Positions 12,286-25,958 of a DNA stretch of 61,909 nucleotides are shown in pieces. Both the position numbers and the translations under genes were made by a program. Each line of letters begins with the position of its first letter. Position 1 is the first letter of the stretch. The notes beneath the pieces were generated by a model that was not told where the DNA came from, did no database searches, and saw nothing but the letters and a program-made list of their open reading frames with translations. This DNA comes from Basidiobolus meristosporus CBS 931.73 (lineage: Eukaryota; Fungi; Basidiobolomycota), in contig MCFE01000526.1 in NCBI GenBank assembly GCA_002104905.1, positions 1 to 61,909 on the forward strand. The letters are read 5' to 3'.

Positions 12286-13239
12286 TCCATTCGCTAGAAA
12301 CACACCCTAAAATACCACCAGCTAAGAGCACTGTTAAGGGAGAGTACAGGGTAAACGGAGGAAGGTCGTTCCCAAAAGTGGTGGTCTAGCTTAACTTGGA
12401 GCTACCTTTGGACAAATTAAACTAAAAACCAGTTCGTAATGGGGCTACAATACGATTCCTTGCAGCTGCAAATCGTGCAAGGTAGTGTCGTAAATCATCC
12501 AGTATCGATTGCAATCGGCATGATTGGGATATTAAGGGATGTGAAATTAACATTCGTTATGAAATCCGGATACCAAGATATGTATTGCAGTTTTACTAGC
12601 ACATGGACATCGTGATAATGGGTTATTTAGCAGCCTCTGTAGGATGCGAACAAGAGGGCATATCTATATATGCTTCTTGGACTGATAAAACGCTGTCTCC
12701 ATCTAGAACACCCAAGTTTGGTGCATGCTCACCTCAGCAGTCAAGAAGCTAGCGCATTGTAACACCTATGCTAAGGACCATCAGTAAGCTTGCATAGATT
12801 AGCAAACCATTCCGGAAAATGAAGAATAATGCTGATAAACATCCTATTTAATCAAGTCAATTTTTGTAAGATTGGCCAATACCGACAGCAGGTTAGTTTT
12901 GTCTGTTAGAATTGCGGTCTGACGTAATTTTCCAGAGTGGTATCATGTGATGTACTTTGTTTCGTGTATCACGATATGGCTGGCATTAATTTGAACTAAA
13001 TAGGATAGGGTTACAAGTCTCCTTTCGTCAACTCGAGCTTCTTGGTTCCAACCACAATCTCGGCTTATATAAAGACCAAGACTAACGGGCTATTGTTGAA
13101 AATATATAATATTTGGATATTTAAGGGTGTGTGGTAGACGAAGGGACGCCATAAGTACAATAGAGGCAAGGATGGTTGATGCGAAGTCGGATTACAATTG
13201 GAGTAGAGATACAATGATTTTCAGAGCAGGGTGGGGGAC

Positions 13240-14239
13240 TTACAATAAAGTTTCGCCAAGGGCACAGCGAGCCAATGAACAGCCGATGGTGACAGTTTGG
13301 TAGAGATTAACCTCATCACCCAGGGAAGGATTAACTTCCATGATATCAAGGGAAACCAAACACCCAGTTTCGCAGATCGCCTCACAAATGTAATGCCCTT
13401 CACGGAAGGTGAGGCCACCACGTACGGGAGTACCGGTACTAGGAGCGACAGTAGGATCAAGAGCATCAACATCGAAGCTTAAATGAATAGGACGATCAAG
13501 GTTGGGGTTGACATGCTTCAATGCATCCTCAACAACTTTACCAATTCCGTATCTATCAACTTCATGCATGGAATATGCCTTGATTCCATGCTCTTTCAGG
13601 ATACGTTTCTCGGCTGGATCAACATCACGGAGCCCAATATAAACCAGGCGTTCAGGCTTAAGGCATGGCTTGATCCAAGAAAATTCAGGAATCTCTCCAG
13701 CAATTCCCAGAAGGAAGGACAAAGGACAACCATGCAAGTTACCCGAGTCAGTGGATTCTGGTGTATTGATGTCCGCATGGGCATCAACCCAAATTAAGCA
13801 AGCATCGGGGTGGGCAGCAAAGGTACCACTTACGGTTGCCATAGCCATACTGTGATCACCACCAAGGGTCAACACCATCTTTCCCTCTGCCGCATGGCCT
13901 TGGATCACTTTGGAGACAGCCTCATTGACTCGTGAAACATAGCGTGGCTTCTTCAGCTTCCCGATATCAGGATCCTCTTGAGGGCGCAAGTGCTGAAAGT
14001 TGTTGATTTCCCCGGCAAAATCCACATCCCATCCCAATTCTTTCAACTGGTCTAGAAGCCCAAACTCAACCAAACGGATTGGACCCTCGTCAACACCATC
14101 CTTGGGCTGTAATAGAAGATAAGCGTTGGTAAATCAATATCGATCATCACAACAAATCGGAGGAACATACCTGGCCACCACTGAATGGTACAGGGACAAC
14201 GCCAACAGTCTTGTTCTTGAGGAATTTGAAATCAGTCAT
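13240..14239 (-). CDS. CAR1: Arginase, 2 exons (14239-14171, 14106-13240)
   Basis: Motifs [44 protein letters not shown] and EVNP. The intron is GT-AG. Confidence 0.97.
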
Positions 14240-16364
14240 AGTAAATAGAATGAACTTTGAAGTCAAAGAGAAGGGTAGGGAGTGCAGTGATACAGCTCAC
14301 AGCGACAGGTAGGGTTATTTTATAGTTTTCAATCAACCATATCGTAGCACATGACATACTTGTATTTAGCAAAAACCGTCAGATTCTTTAGAACCACATT
14401 GTATGTGAACAGAGTAGTTGATTTCATCGTGAGCCACCCTTTCTGTTCCTGAATTGGTTTTAATATCTGGATGTTATGAGAAATGTGAAATCCGAATGTT
14501 TAAAGTCGGCGAAAAGAACAATTTGGATGATTTTTTGGTAGAATGCGCTCTTTAAACTCCCCGAAATTGAGCGCAGATGATCTGAAATACGCATACATTC
14601 TTTCAGATCAAGCAGAGAATTCAGGCAAAATACGGTTGCCCGAGTCAAAATATCTAAATATCTGATCACTCGATGGGTCTGTGTAAGAAGCAGCTCCAGT
14701 GACTGCAGTGCCAATCACTGGCTACTCTTGGACCTTCTTCGGACCTTCATTTAGGGTGGTGTTCGAATTAGTTCCGAATAGGCTTTGGCAAATGATTCGC
14801 ACCAACTACGGTTTTTTGATTCAAAGACTTTCCTAATTTGATTGGACAAACCTATGACCCAATTCTGGTACATACTCTTTCAAATCCTATGATTCTGCAA
14901 TATTCGCAGTTGGGGACATCTCACCAAGAAAAGAAAGCTGAGATTAGGGATGAGTGATTGATTATTCATGGTACCACAGTCGAGAAGCATGAGACTTGGG
15001 TTGAAATAGGGCACATATCGGGTTGCATGGAAACGGAGTACACGATGTCGTACCTAATTCTACTTCTAAGAGAAGTAATATTTCAGGGGTAGTGTGAGAA
15101 AATTCAGCCATTGTGAATGGCATTCTGGGAAAATCCACCCAAGTTCTACTATACTTGCTCTCCTGGAAATCTATACAGAATGTCTGGATCAAGAAAATCT
15201 GACTTCCTGGGTATCTTCAGTCATGCACCCTGAAAACGTAACTATATCGAAGGTAAATATCGCGAGGGTCTGATGACGACGTGGTAAATTACATCTATAT
15301 TGGGCCACCTATGACGTGGAAGTGACTTACTACCCAAGCTTCTTACTGGACCAATGGCATCTAGGAGCTATATTAGCTATCACCAGGACAATAGCGCCCA
15401 AGTGTGATTTTACGGACTTCTGCCAATTGGATGCTATTATAATATACTCGAAACAAATACATGGGCGAGTATTCTGTGACAATAAACGGATGGCTCTCCC
15501 ACGGGGAATCCACATGGCGTGAGCCAATAGCCTATTTACTGTATCTCTACTAATGGCCCGAAACATTTCATCGAAATAAAATGGTGCACAAAGCCTGGGG
15601 GTGTCAAAGTGGACTCATAAGGTAGGATAGCATAATTGTAAGCATAATATCGGATGCCCCTATAGAAATCAATTTGCAGCATGATAAACTCATAATTACA
15701 CTGATAACCTGGAGGCCGACTTCGCCTGAATTTTGAGAATCTTGCGTAGTACCCTCAAGTTGATAATGATTGCCAACTGATTTTACATTTGATTACCGAC
15801 GTATCAAAACTAAGCATCACAAAGCACATGATATATACCTACTTCCATGTACTACAATAAATATATAGCTGTTGTGAAACTAGCTGTGTAGTTGTGTTTT
15901 CAAACATCAATAGAAGTAATGTAGAAAGATCCGAGGCGTGTGAACCCCTCTATATTTTAGCCCTACGTTGTTACTCCTCTGAAGGGTTGCCAACATATAC
16001 TGCAAAATTTCAAAACCAAAACAGTTGCGATAGGCGAAAAATTAAACAGAGGCTATTCAGCAATGCCCGCTGCATTTTATGTTCTTTAACGTATGGGTAG
16101 CATTTGGTACTTGGGTAGCCGATGCCTTCACACAAAATAGAGTATCATTTCCAAGCTTTTAAGAGCTTACTTCTGCTTTGAAGTCATCGACATTATGATA
16201 TTATGGATTTCCTCATGGCTCTATCAGCTGGTGGATTGTCTCAAATCTATTGATAATTGTGACCGCTTGGGGAAAGTATTTATTGACAAGCCATAAATGT
16301 AATGTTATGACTATGCTCTAATACTGGATGCTTGTATGCATAGTATGGAGGCTTCACTGACAGC

Positions 16365-17208
16365 TGTTGTAAATCTCGTAATTACACCTAAATATTCACC
16401 TAACTTAGTCACTTGGATCGTTACCTACAAATCTTTGAGAATTCTGGCCAAATTCCCTGTCGGGATTTAGTTTGAATATTTTCACCAATACATCAGGTAC
16501 CCAGAACATGAAAAATTGTCAAGTTGTCCAAACAGCCCAAACTTTGGGACCTTCCTAAACATATTATACGTGTCTGTTTTGCCAAGACCCTGTAAAAGTA
16601 TAAATATTACTTTTCTCGTAGTGTTCATGCATGATAGTATTTTCGAGCATTCGCTGGCAGTAGTGTTAGCCTTGTTACCTGCTTTCCATCATATCTATTA
16701 GGCTATTGTGGATGCTGGTATTACTACATGAAACATATATTATATCTTGGTGGGTAAGATCGAACCATTCGATTAAGGTTTCCCACGTTGACTACAATGT
16801 AATAGTGCCAGGCTCTAGGCCAATACTGAGCATTTAGAGCTGCTGAAGTATGTCCAGCCATATTGTAAATTTCGTAATTACACCCAGTTGTTCCATTAAC
16901 TTGGCCATTTAGATCATAGTCTATGAATCTTAGAATATCTTGCCCAAATTTTTTGTCGAGATTTACTTTGAAATTTTTCACCAAAACATCAGGTACCCAG
17001 AACATGAAAATTCTCAAAGTAGTCTAAGCAGCCCCAAGCTTTGCACGCATGTTCTTGGGATATTTAAAAACACAATGTACATGTTTGTTTTGCCAAGACC
17101 ATGTAAAAGTATAAATACTACTTTTTCATTCAATAAATCATTAAGTGAAAACCACATAATCTACTTGTTCTCCCAATCACTTCCAATATCTCCAAAACTC
17201 TGACAACA
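16365..17208 (+). mobile_element. Chimeric copia solo LTR: truncated LTR (16365-16614), 246 bp of non-LTR DNA (16615-16860) and a full LTR (16861-17208), bounded by a 5-bp TSD ACAGC
   Basis: ACAGC at 16360-16364 precedes TGTTGT. ACAACA ends at 17208 and is followed by ACAGC at 17209-17213. The middle segment is an inverted copy of 32751-32996. Confidence 0.9.
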
Positions 17209-19426
17209 ACAGCAAATATAGTATCATTTGTATCCCACTGAATCTTTGTTAAAGTAATGCATATGGCTTTCATACTCATCATATATTCTTTGAACAATCA
17301 TTTTGATAGCAAGAGGCTCTCTACTGAATTGTAAATTGAGTAGGTTATGAGAATGCTGCCTAGGTGTATGTATGTTAACCTCAATTTTCTGAAGCATGCT
17401 TGTTACTCATCAAAGGTGATTATCAAAAAGGTGCAATGTATATGGGAGGGTTGGCTAATGGCAAGAAACACCACGGCATGTTAATATTGTGCGACGAGTA
17501 CGCCATCATACTCAATTGGCTACATTCGATTCTTAAAGCAGAGTTGAGCTGTTCTGTCAATATGCAGATTACCATGATAGGCCCACAATCGCCCATGGGC
17601 TTCGATATTTATGAGGTAGTATATGAGATATATCGTTTCCCGAAATCGGGCTTATGGATGTATACAACCATAAAGTTAATAATCAAAGAGGCTCACAATT
17701 GGCGCTTTCCATTCCTTTGATGAGGCTGTGGTGACAAATGGCGTTGGTAGGGAAATAGGTATCATTCACACCAATATGCACTAGGCCTTCGAAATATGAT
17801 TTGAACAAGTCTTCTAATCCGGATTCACCTTAACCCAAGTCAATCATCATCCACGCAACACGTTGAAGTTATCGGTAACTTGTGAAACGCTGGGTTGTGA
17901 AGTTTATACAGCTTTCTGGGTTGTAATAGATGGTTATGTAAAGGTTTCGATTGCATTTTGTCATTTCCTTTTTAGAGCAGAGGTTTCATATCCAGCAGTT
18001 CCAGCAGACGATCATACTAAACCTCGGGTGCCAATCAAGCACATGGTCAACTAATCTATTGCAATGCAATGGCTCCTGAAATCATGATTAGAAGATACAG
18101 TGGGCTTGTGACTCATGGATTAAGGCCGTGCAAGAGCATGCATGTATGCAGGCTTCCTCCCATGTGACAATATTATTTCATCCGAAGACTCGTGGGTATG
18201 TTTATATGGAAACCTGACTCAACGCAGCAATCTCTGGAGGTGCACAAAATCGGCAGGAATCGACATAGAAGAACACAGTGATATGGATGATAAGTCGAGG
18301 GCAGATCTGGGGAATCCTAGGAAGAGGGCTCTTCACTTCTCCACAATATCCAGGCAGTATCCCTGAATCATGTCATGAAATTAGGTGATTCAATGATGGC
18401 TCCGTTTCTGCACTCAGCACCAACGACTTATTCAATGTTGCAACTTCAATCATACGGAGTGGAGATCTTCATGTGAAATTAGTTGGTGTGACTGCCTTGT
18501 CCGAATAATACACACCTAATCGAGCGGATAAATCAGTTCCATTGACCAATCCTGTGCAATAAAACATCATATCACTGTTGACGCTGCTCACATGAGAACG
18601 TACCAAATGACCACTCCTCAATCAATAGGGTTCGAAATGGTTATCAATGGAGATAGCGGATAATCTCGTAACAAAACCGCTATCGGATAATCATATGGGT
18701 CCAAACCATCCTCCCTGGAACATACCTGCTCTACACCATTGGCTAAGACCACGTACTGAATCAATGTCTACAACGCATTACCTATATAGCGCTCGTTTCT
18801 GACACCCAAATATGCTCAGGTTGGTGGAGTCCGTTATTTGACCCCGGGCTCGCTAATTTAGGAGTAGTATATCGATCTCTTGATATTTCAATGTTTCTTT
18901 GATAAGGTCTATATTGTGGCATATGAAAGCCCACGAGATCCCAGGGGCAAATATGTGTGCTACTATACCGGTCTTGCCTTCACAGTCCGGCCCAAGGCCT
19001 GGAGATTTGGTGAATGAATCGTCACCTAACAGAGGCTTACACCGCACCATGCAAATGGCTTGTATATTCGGAGACGTTCCCCATGGGAGTGCTGGGCTTT
19101 ATCTCTGGCTCATTTGACAAATATGTGTCTAGTCGCTCATGTATAATACGAATTGCAAACACAACGCGTGAATTTTAAGATAAAGTAAAATTCGATCATC
19201 CAATGGAAGCCGTTTGTGTATCTGGATTGAGCATTATTTTGCTTTCATTATCAGTTGTATCAGTTTGCAGATAAGTCTATCCGTCGCCTCACAGTCGAAC
19301 AATAGATATATTAAGGTGCACTGGACGGAGGTGGTTGATTTTCTGTCCTTCCAACTCTGGGATTTAATTTACATTGTATACTCGATATATCCCTCTATCC
19401 TACGCAAAGGCACCCTTGCTCACTCA

Positions 19427-21731
19427 ATGTCGAGGAGTCCAGAAGCATGTTCTCCTTCCGAGACCACTTCTCAACTTCGGTTGAGTCCTCCCCCAGTGTC
19501 CACCATTCAAGCTGCCATTCTCTCAACCACCCTATTCCCACCGAGAAAGCAGCCAGCAGAAAAAGAAGACCCCCGTGTAAAACAAGAGAAGGATCCCCTG
19601 GCCACTGAAGTTTGGCGTTTATACACCAGGGCAAAAGACAACTTGCCTAACGGGCAACGTCTAGAAAATCTAACATGGAGAATGATGGCTATGACCCTGA
19701 AAAGTGGAAAGGAAGAGACCTCCAGAGCTAAGCCCATCGTTTGTTATGAAGGAAATAGGGGTAGTGCAAGCGAGGGATTCACCCAAGCCTCTCAAAAGTC
19801 AGGTTCACGTTCGCTGTTTTCAGTCCATAGCACGTTTGAGGGGAACGATATGGCTGTGGATATCAAGAAGGAGGAACAGGCTTTATGTAGATCGAACCAA
19901 GCAAACTATTGTGGTAAAGATGGTCTGATGAACGGTTCAACGAAGATGCCCTCAGATTTGAGTGGCCCAGCGTTAAAGCACAAGTATTTGACTAGTAAGG
20001 GGATTTTGGTACTGTATCTATAACAATTTCTTTGGCAAGGCTGAGTATTTACCCTTTACATCTCGCAAGAATTTCACCAAACCCGAACCGACGGGCTACA
20101 ATGGATCCAATCTCAATATGGGTTGCCAGCGTGACTCTACAGCCAGGCCAAATGTTTTCAATATTTCGAGAAATGGTGCCGATCTCTCTATATCCAATGG
20201 AACCATCCCTTCAATGCAAGATACTTCGAATAGCTTCAGCTCACTCTCGATTGGTGGGACATTCGATTTCTCACCAGAAGTAACTCCTTCCCTACAGAGC
20301 ACAACGCAGTATTTTGACCTGAACGAGGGTGCGAACATGGGGTTCATGAGCTTCATGGACGCAGACACGTTTTCCCCAAATGAAAGCCAAGGCGATTATA
20401 GAAGTAGATTACCGATATCCCCTCATTCACAAAACCCATCCACTCCAAACGGCGCATTCACGACGGCAGCGAATCGTCGCTCATTGTCCACCCCTACCGT
20501 CAGAGCCTTCCCGGCTATCCAAATTGCTGAAGACCCACCCGAACCACCGAGAAGCCAGTCTTTTTTGCAGGAAAAAGATGACACCAGCATTGTAAATAGG
20601 ACGAGTACATTAGAGTCTAGTAATCACGCCACCCCAAAATCCAACAGCAAATCGAAACGTAGCACTGGGCTGTCGACGAGTAATGAAAATTTGAGCTGTT
20701 CGAACTGTAAAACAACTACCACCCCGTTATGGAGACGTAATCCTCAAGGTGGACAGCCGTTGTGTAACGCATGTGGCCTGTTTTTGAAACTTCACGGAGT
20801 TGTTCGCCCACTCAGCCTGAAAACGGACGTGATTAAGAAAAGGAACCGAAACCCTGTCAAAGACAGCAAAGGAAACCCAACAGCAGCACAAGCTAACGGA
20901 TTATCCAGGGACTCTGCCATGGCCAACCCGATACTATCTGACTCACTAGATATCAGTCTTGGTCAATCGACATTGGCTGATGCTCGAAGCTCTTATGCGG
21001 CTGATAACAAAAACAATCTTAGCCAGCCAGCAAGCAATGCTATTTCGCATAAGCGGCCTCGTCGCCTCTCTTCGGATGAGCCCCTCGAAAATGGGCATTC
21101 AGCCCAGGTTCCTTTACCCAACAACTCACTCCAATACAATCTTCAGGCACAGAGCATTCCTGGGCGACTGAATGACCTGAACAATATTGTAAGGGCCGCT
21201 GCCATATCCAGACAATCCTCCATTAGCCTTCAACAGTTCCAGCTCCAACAAATACAGGCTCAAGGAAAGTCCACGACTCACCAATCAACTGACTCCAGGT
21301 CAATCCCGGATCTAGTTCCTAATGGAAATGGGACTGACAAGCCCCCTGGGATCCAGCGCCCAGATCTTCTGAACCAAGCAACCTGCCAGAATGTCAGCAC
21401 ACCTTCCTCAGAAAATGCAGCCTCGTTTGCGGTTTCACCATTTCATACATCAGCTTCACTGTCACCGAATTCCAGCTTGGTTGGCATCAGCTCGGGGCCA
21501 AGTTCGTCAACCTTCAACGCCATCACTATATCGAACAATGACGAGCCAGAGTCCGTTGGTGCCGACAGCCTGGGGAGCCTAGGGGATAGGACGAGCGATT
21601 ATTTCGGTGCTGGCGCATGGTGGGCGGGGACAACTGAACGAGAAGCGCCTAATAATGAAGTGTTTACGTATCGCTACGACTATGACGAGGATGTGAACCT
21701 ATTCGCCTCTGGGTCTATTTGGTTCAAGTGA
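19427..21731 (+). CDS. areA: AreA/Gat1-like nitrogen-regulatory GATA factor, with a probable single intron at ~20009-20069
   Basis: The N-terminal AreA-family motif [33 protein letters not shown] (DUF1752-type) is followed by the finger CSNC...TPLWRR...[29 protein letters not shown]. Orthology to areA is inferred from this architecture. Confidence 0.88.
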
Positions 21732-23098
21732 GTGATTTAAGCACGCTCATGAATGGCCTCGAGTTGCCCTGTTGCGAGCGATCGATGGGATGTATAGATC
21801 TTAAATCCCCACCTTGGCTTGGGGCTTTTTGGAGAGAGAGGAGGTGGTGCGGTGCCATGAATCTCCTATAAGTAGGTTTCTGTGGAAATCACCTGATGAA
21901 ATGAATGTCACCTCCATTCCATGAATCTTCAATCCGCTTTGATAGGATTAGCGGGGGCTTTTCAAGTATATTTTGTAGGGATCCACTTAATGTAATTTCC
22001 ATGTACTGTTATGCATATCGAAATGGAATTAGGAATAAATGTTCACTTGCTGTTGGTACAATCATCCAAGTGGTGGAGACCGAGCTGGCTTTCCGCGTCA
22101 GGAACCCAATCGGACACGTCTCATAAACCCACAAGGTTTGTTTGTATCGATAGAGTTCATGATGGATTGGTAATGTGTCTTTTGTAGAGCAGCGAATCCG
22201 ATGCCTTTTGTGATGCTAGTATTTGAAGCTAATCCGTTACTAAACCGAGCCAGTCCAGGAATCGTCTTGTAAATGCAGTGGCAAATCAGTATGATTTCAC
22301 CTTTTTTAATCACCTGTCGTTACTAACTGCTGATCCCCATAAACTTCAGGGTTGCACCTGATTCTTCATAAAACTTGATTTTACTCATTGCCCAAATGTA
22401 AAATATCAAATTGATTTTGAACTATGCTATACTTTTATGTAGGCCTTTGCAAATCATTCCCAAATCACAGCCCAACTTCTCTATAGTTGTTGCGCTTTAG
22501 TTGGTAGTCCTAGAGATGTCTAGTACCATTGGGATCTTAAACTGTATCTCCATTTCTATAATCCCTGGGGAAATTTAAGTATTGTAAGATTGTGGGCAGT
22601 GTTAGAAGAGATTTGAGGAAGGTCGTAGCATGCAATATGTAAAGTCTGGTGCTAATTGAATGAGTGTGTTGATTTTGAAAACCTCCAGAACTTTAACAAA
22701 AACCTTCGCAAACATCTTGGCCTTCAGTCCAGTGCAATTATATAGCCGAACATCTGAAACATTTATTTATTACGATCTCCCGATTGGCTCATTTGTAGCA
22801 TATTAAAAACAAAAGTAAGACCAACCCTGTGAAGTCCTGATGTCAGATATCTAATATATGAAGAATTGCCAAGTTATCCATAAGACCCAAACTTTGCATA
22901 AATGCTTTCGAGGCCTTCCTGAGCATACCCTTTGAAAATCTCAAACTTGGAATTCATCTGATATTCCGCTGGTATTCTAACGGTATTTTGCGAGCATGCA
23001 GCTGGTGCTTCACCTTCAAATTTTTGGTTGCAATTTTTGTTGGAAGTAGTGAGTAGCAGATTACCAAATTTGGTATGAATGCTAGTTGGCCTAGTCTC

Positions 23099-23447
23099 TG
23101 TTGTTAAAATTCGTAATTGCACCTAAATATTCACCTAACGTAGTCACTTAGATCATTACCGACAAATCTTCGAGAATTCTGAGCAAATTCCTTGTCAGGA
23201 TTTACTTGGAATATTTTCACCAAAACATCAGGTACCCTGAACATGAAATTTGAATAAGCTGTCCAAACAGCCTCATACTTTGCACACATATACTTGGGAC
23301 CTTTTTGAGAATATTCTTTATGCTTGTTTTGCCAAGACCCTGTAAAAGTATAAATACTACTTTTTCATTCAATAAATCATTAAGTGAAAACCACATAATC
23401 TACTTGTTCTCCCAATCACTTCCAATATCTCCAAGACTCTTACAACA
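23099..23447 (+). mobile_element. Copia solo LTR with TSD GTCTC
   Basis: TGTTG...TACAACA, same family as 53058-53408. GTCTC occurs at 23094-23098 and at 23448-23452. Confidence 0.95.
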
Positions 23448-25958
23448 GTCTCCACCTGGAAAATATGACTGTTTGTCTGCCAAATAGCCAGTACCTGAGA
23501 TATTAGGAGCTGTAAGTTTAGAGAAACTTGAATTCAGCCAGTATCTTGATGGTATTCTACTGGCCTTTTCTTAATTTTTTTTCTTAGGGATAGTCTACCA
23601 GTTTTTCTGCAGGACTATGCAAAATTAAAAGTACCACTTTATATTTTCAAAACTCACACAACACCTAGTACATATTCCAAACAATCTAGTAACAAGTCAC
23701 CCAAAATTTTCCAAGTCTATAATTAGCTATTCCTACTCGTCAAATGTGGAGCCACGATATATTTCTACTTCAGGTGCCTGACTAATTGATTTTTAGGTAT
23801 GATACTAATATGGATATTTGACAGTATGCACTGCTTTGTACAATTATTGGGACTGAGGTTTAAGTATCGAGAATATGAATACTGAATATTGCTATGATGT
23901 ATGGGGAGCTACTGACTATAGCAAAACCGCCATGATTGCAAAAATACTGAATAAATAGGCGGATTACTTATAATCTTCAACAGATACTAGGGTTATTAAA
24001 TGCAAAACAGCAAGGGTTACATCTGAAAGATGTACAGACCGGGACTAGTCTTTGTTTGTCACTAATGTGCATACCTTTTGCACGTAGTGTCCTGTTAATA
24101 TGTCACTCAGTAACCAAATATTTTTCATTGCCCATGGCCTACAAATCGGTGGCTAGTTCTCATAGTCTACAGATGAGCATATTCCATATAGTCTCTAACA
24201 CAGTCCCAAACCCTGATTTCGAAAGTTTTGAGGTATTTTTATGTGGATGTTGGTGATACACTTGGGCAATACCAATGCTAATGTAATAATATCTAAATCC
24301 AGGGTAATTCAAATATTTTCATTTATTGTGGTGCCAATATATATGCTACCTGACCCACCTAGAAATCGGCATACATACTGCTAGAGCTGATGCTCAGGGT
24401 TCTTGAGTGATTACTGCTGCAACACAAGATGATGCATTTTTTCGATATAGCCAAGAGTTCTCCCTATTCGGCGTCCGCTAAATACATATTATACCTGCCG
24501 CATCCATTGTACAACAGAGGTCCACGATGGTAATAGAATCATCACAAGGAACCAATATATCGGAACACTATTTCCAACTGAGTACTAATTCACATCACGC
24601 CAGCTGTATCCAATAACTGAAATAATATTACTCTTCACATATTTGCAATGATAGTCATTGTGCCGCTTCCGACTGATCTGAAATTAGCTACCAGCTACCG
24701 CATGAAGCAAAAGCAGGCTTGTTTTTCTCTTTACCTCATTATCAAGTGTTGGCCACCAATCCTGATTGGCGACCTAGGGTTAAAGCACCGCACCATGAAT
24801 TCCAGGATTACATCAGCACTAACGAATTGGCTACTCAAGGAGTACATACAGGAAACGCCATGTTACCTACCGCTGTAGCCGTATGAGGTAACCTTCGTGT
24901 GGGTGGAGGGTCTAATTGGGTTCCACAAGATAACGATAGCAATGCTTTAGCCTTATGTATGGCCGAGTATTTATTGGGCCGGTCATGTGAGGAATAAAGG
25001 TGGGCGGGCACTGAGTATCCGGTAACCTACCAATAATTCAACTTGTATCATACCTGTAACCCATTGCTCATTTCCAAGGCTTGGACATTCAGGTTCGAAC
25101 CATCACCATTCGGGAAAGGCTTTGAGGAGAATGGTACACACAGCAACCGAGAGTTCACTATCAGAATCACAAACTGGATGAACGATGCAAATGGGTTGAA
25201 AATCGAAACCGATAAACCAGTAAGGCACCGGCAGAACCGGTTTTTCCCCAAGAGAGACTGCTGGCTGAGGCATATTGGGGCCAGCGGGTGGATGGATCCA
25301 ATGAAGCCTCCCGCTGGTGTTTGGCTAAACACTCCCACAATACGCCAGTCGATTTGCCAATCTAATGCATCCTTGTCCATCGACCGAATTTCGAGTGTTT
25401 CAGCAGAATCCCGCCAGTCAATCCGGAATGTCAACCACCGATATAACATCGATATAAATGTTCATATTTAGATCAGTGGCAATGTCTCTGAATGAAGGTG
25501 GGATTGGTTTGAAGGCCCACATGATCCCCACTTGATTGATTGTTGCGTTTGATCGAGCACCATGAATCTATTTATCCATTTGGAGGGCATCTCTTCCGAA
25601 CAGGACACATGATGCGGTTACGTAACTTCGCTGGTAACGATCAGAACCAAACTAGAAGCATACCAAGGTTAACGAGAGTTTCGTGAGGTCAACAAATTTA
25701 TTTATGGAGCTCGATTAAATTGTTAGTGCTAGGATATTGATGCATTAGAGAATTCCAGAATTAGGTGCGTCCCAAGAATCCATGGGCCGGGGGTGAAAAT
25801 ATTCACTTACAATACACTTGAGATTCCGCCAGGAAGAGCGGTGGATTATTCGCATAAGGCAAGGTCAGAGATTCTTGAGGTGGTATCTATCGTACGGAGT
25901 GGTGGTGAAGATGAATGCTATGTACAACGTGTCATCAGGGTGTGGCTTGTGAGCAACA

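Noticed and set aside
16724-17017. Duplicated ~97-114 aa ORFs (also 32543-32887) with near-identical peptides
   Set aside because: They are antisense translations of LTR plus captured flank. The similarity reflects the DNA duplication, and the N-termini differ through LTR rearrangement.
16940-17203. Recurrent peptide PRPCKSINTTF.FNKSLSENHIIYLF (also 23305, 53281, 57619)
   Set aside because: It is the same LTR sequence translated in a stop-free frame, not a gene family.
25043-25471. Overlapping 133-142 aa ORFs on both strands with DWR/DWQ-like repeats
   Set aside because: No recognisable domain, and the repeats trace to short (C)GCCAGTC-type motifs. There is no splice-linked continuation.
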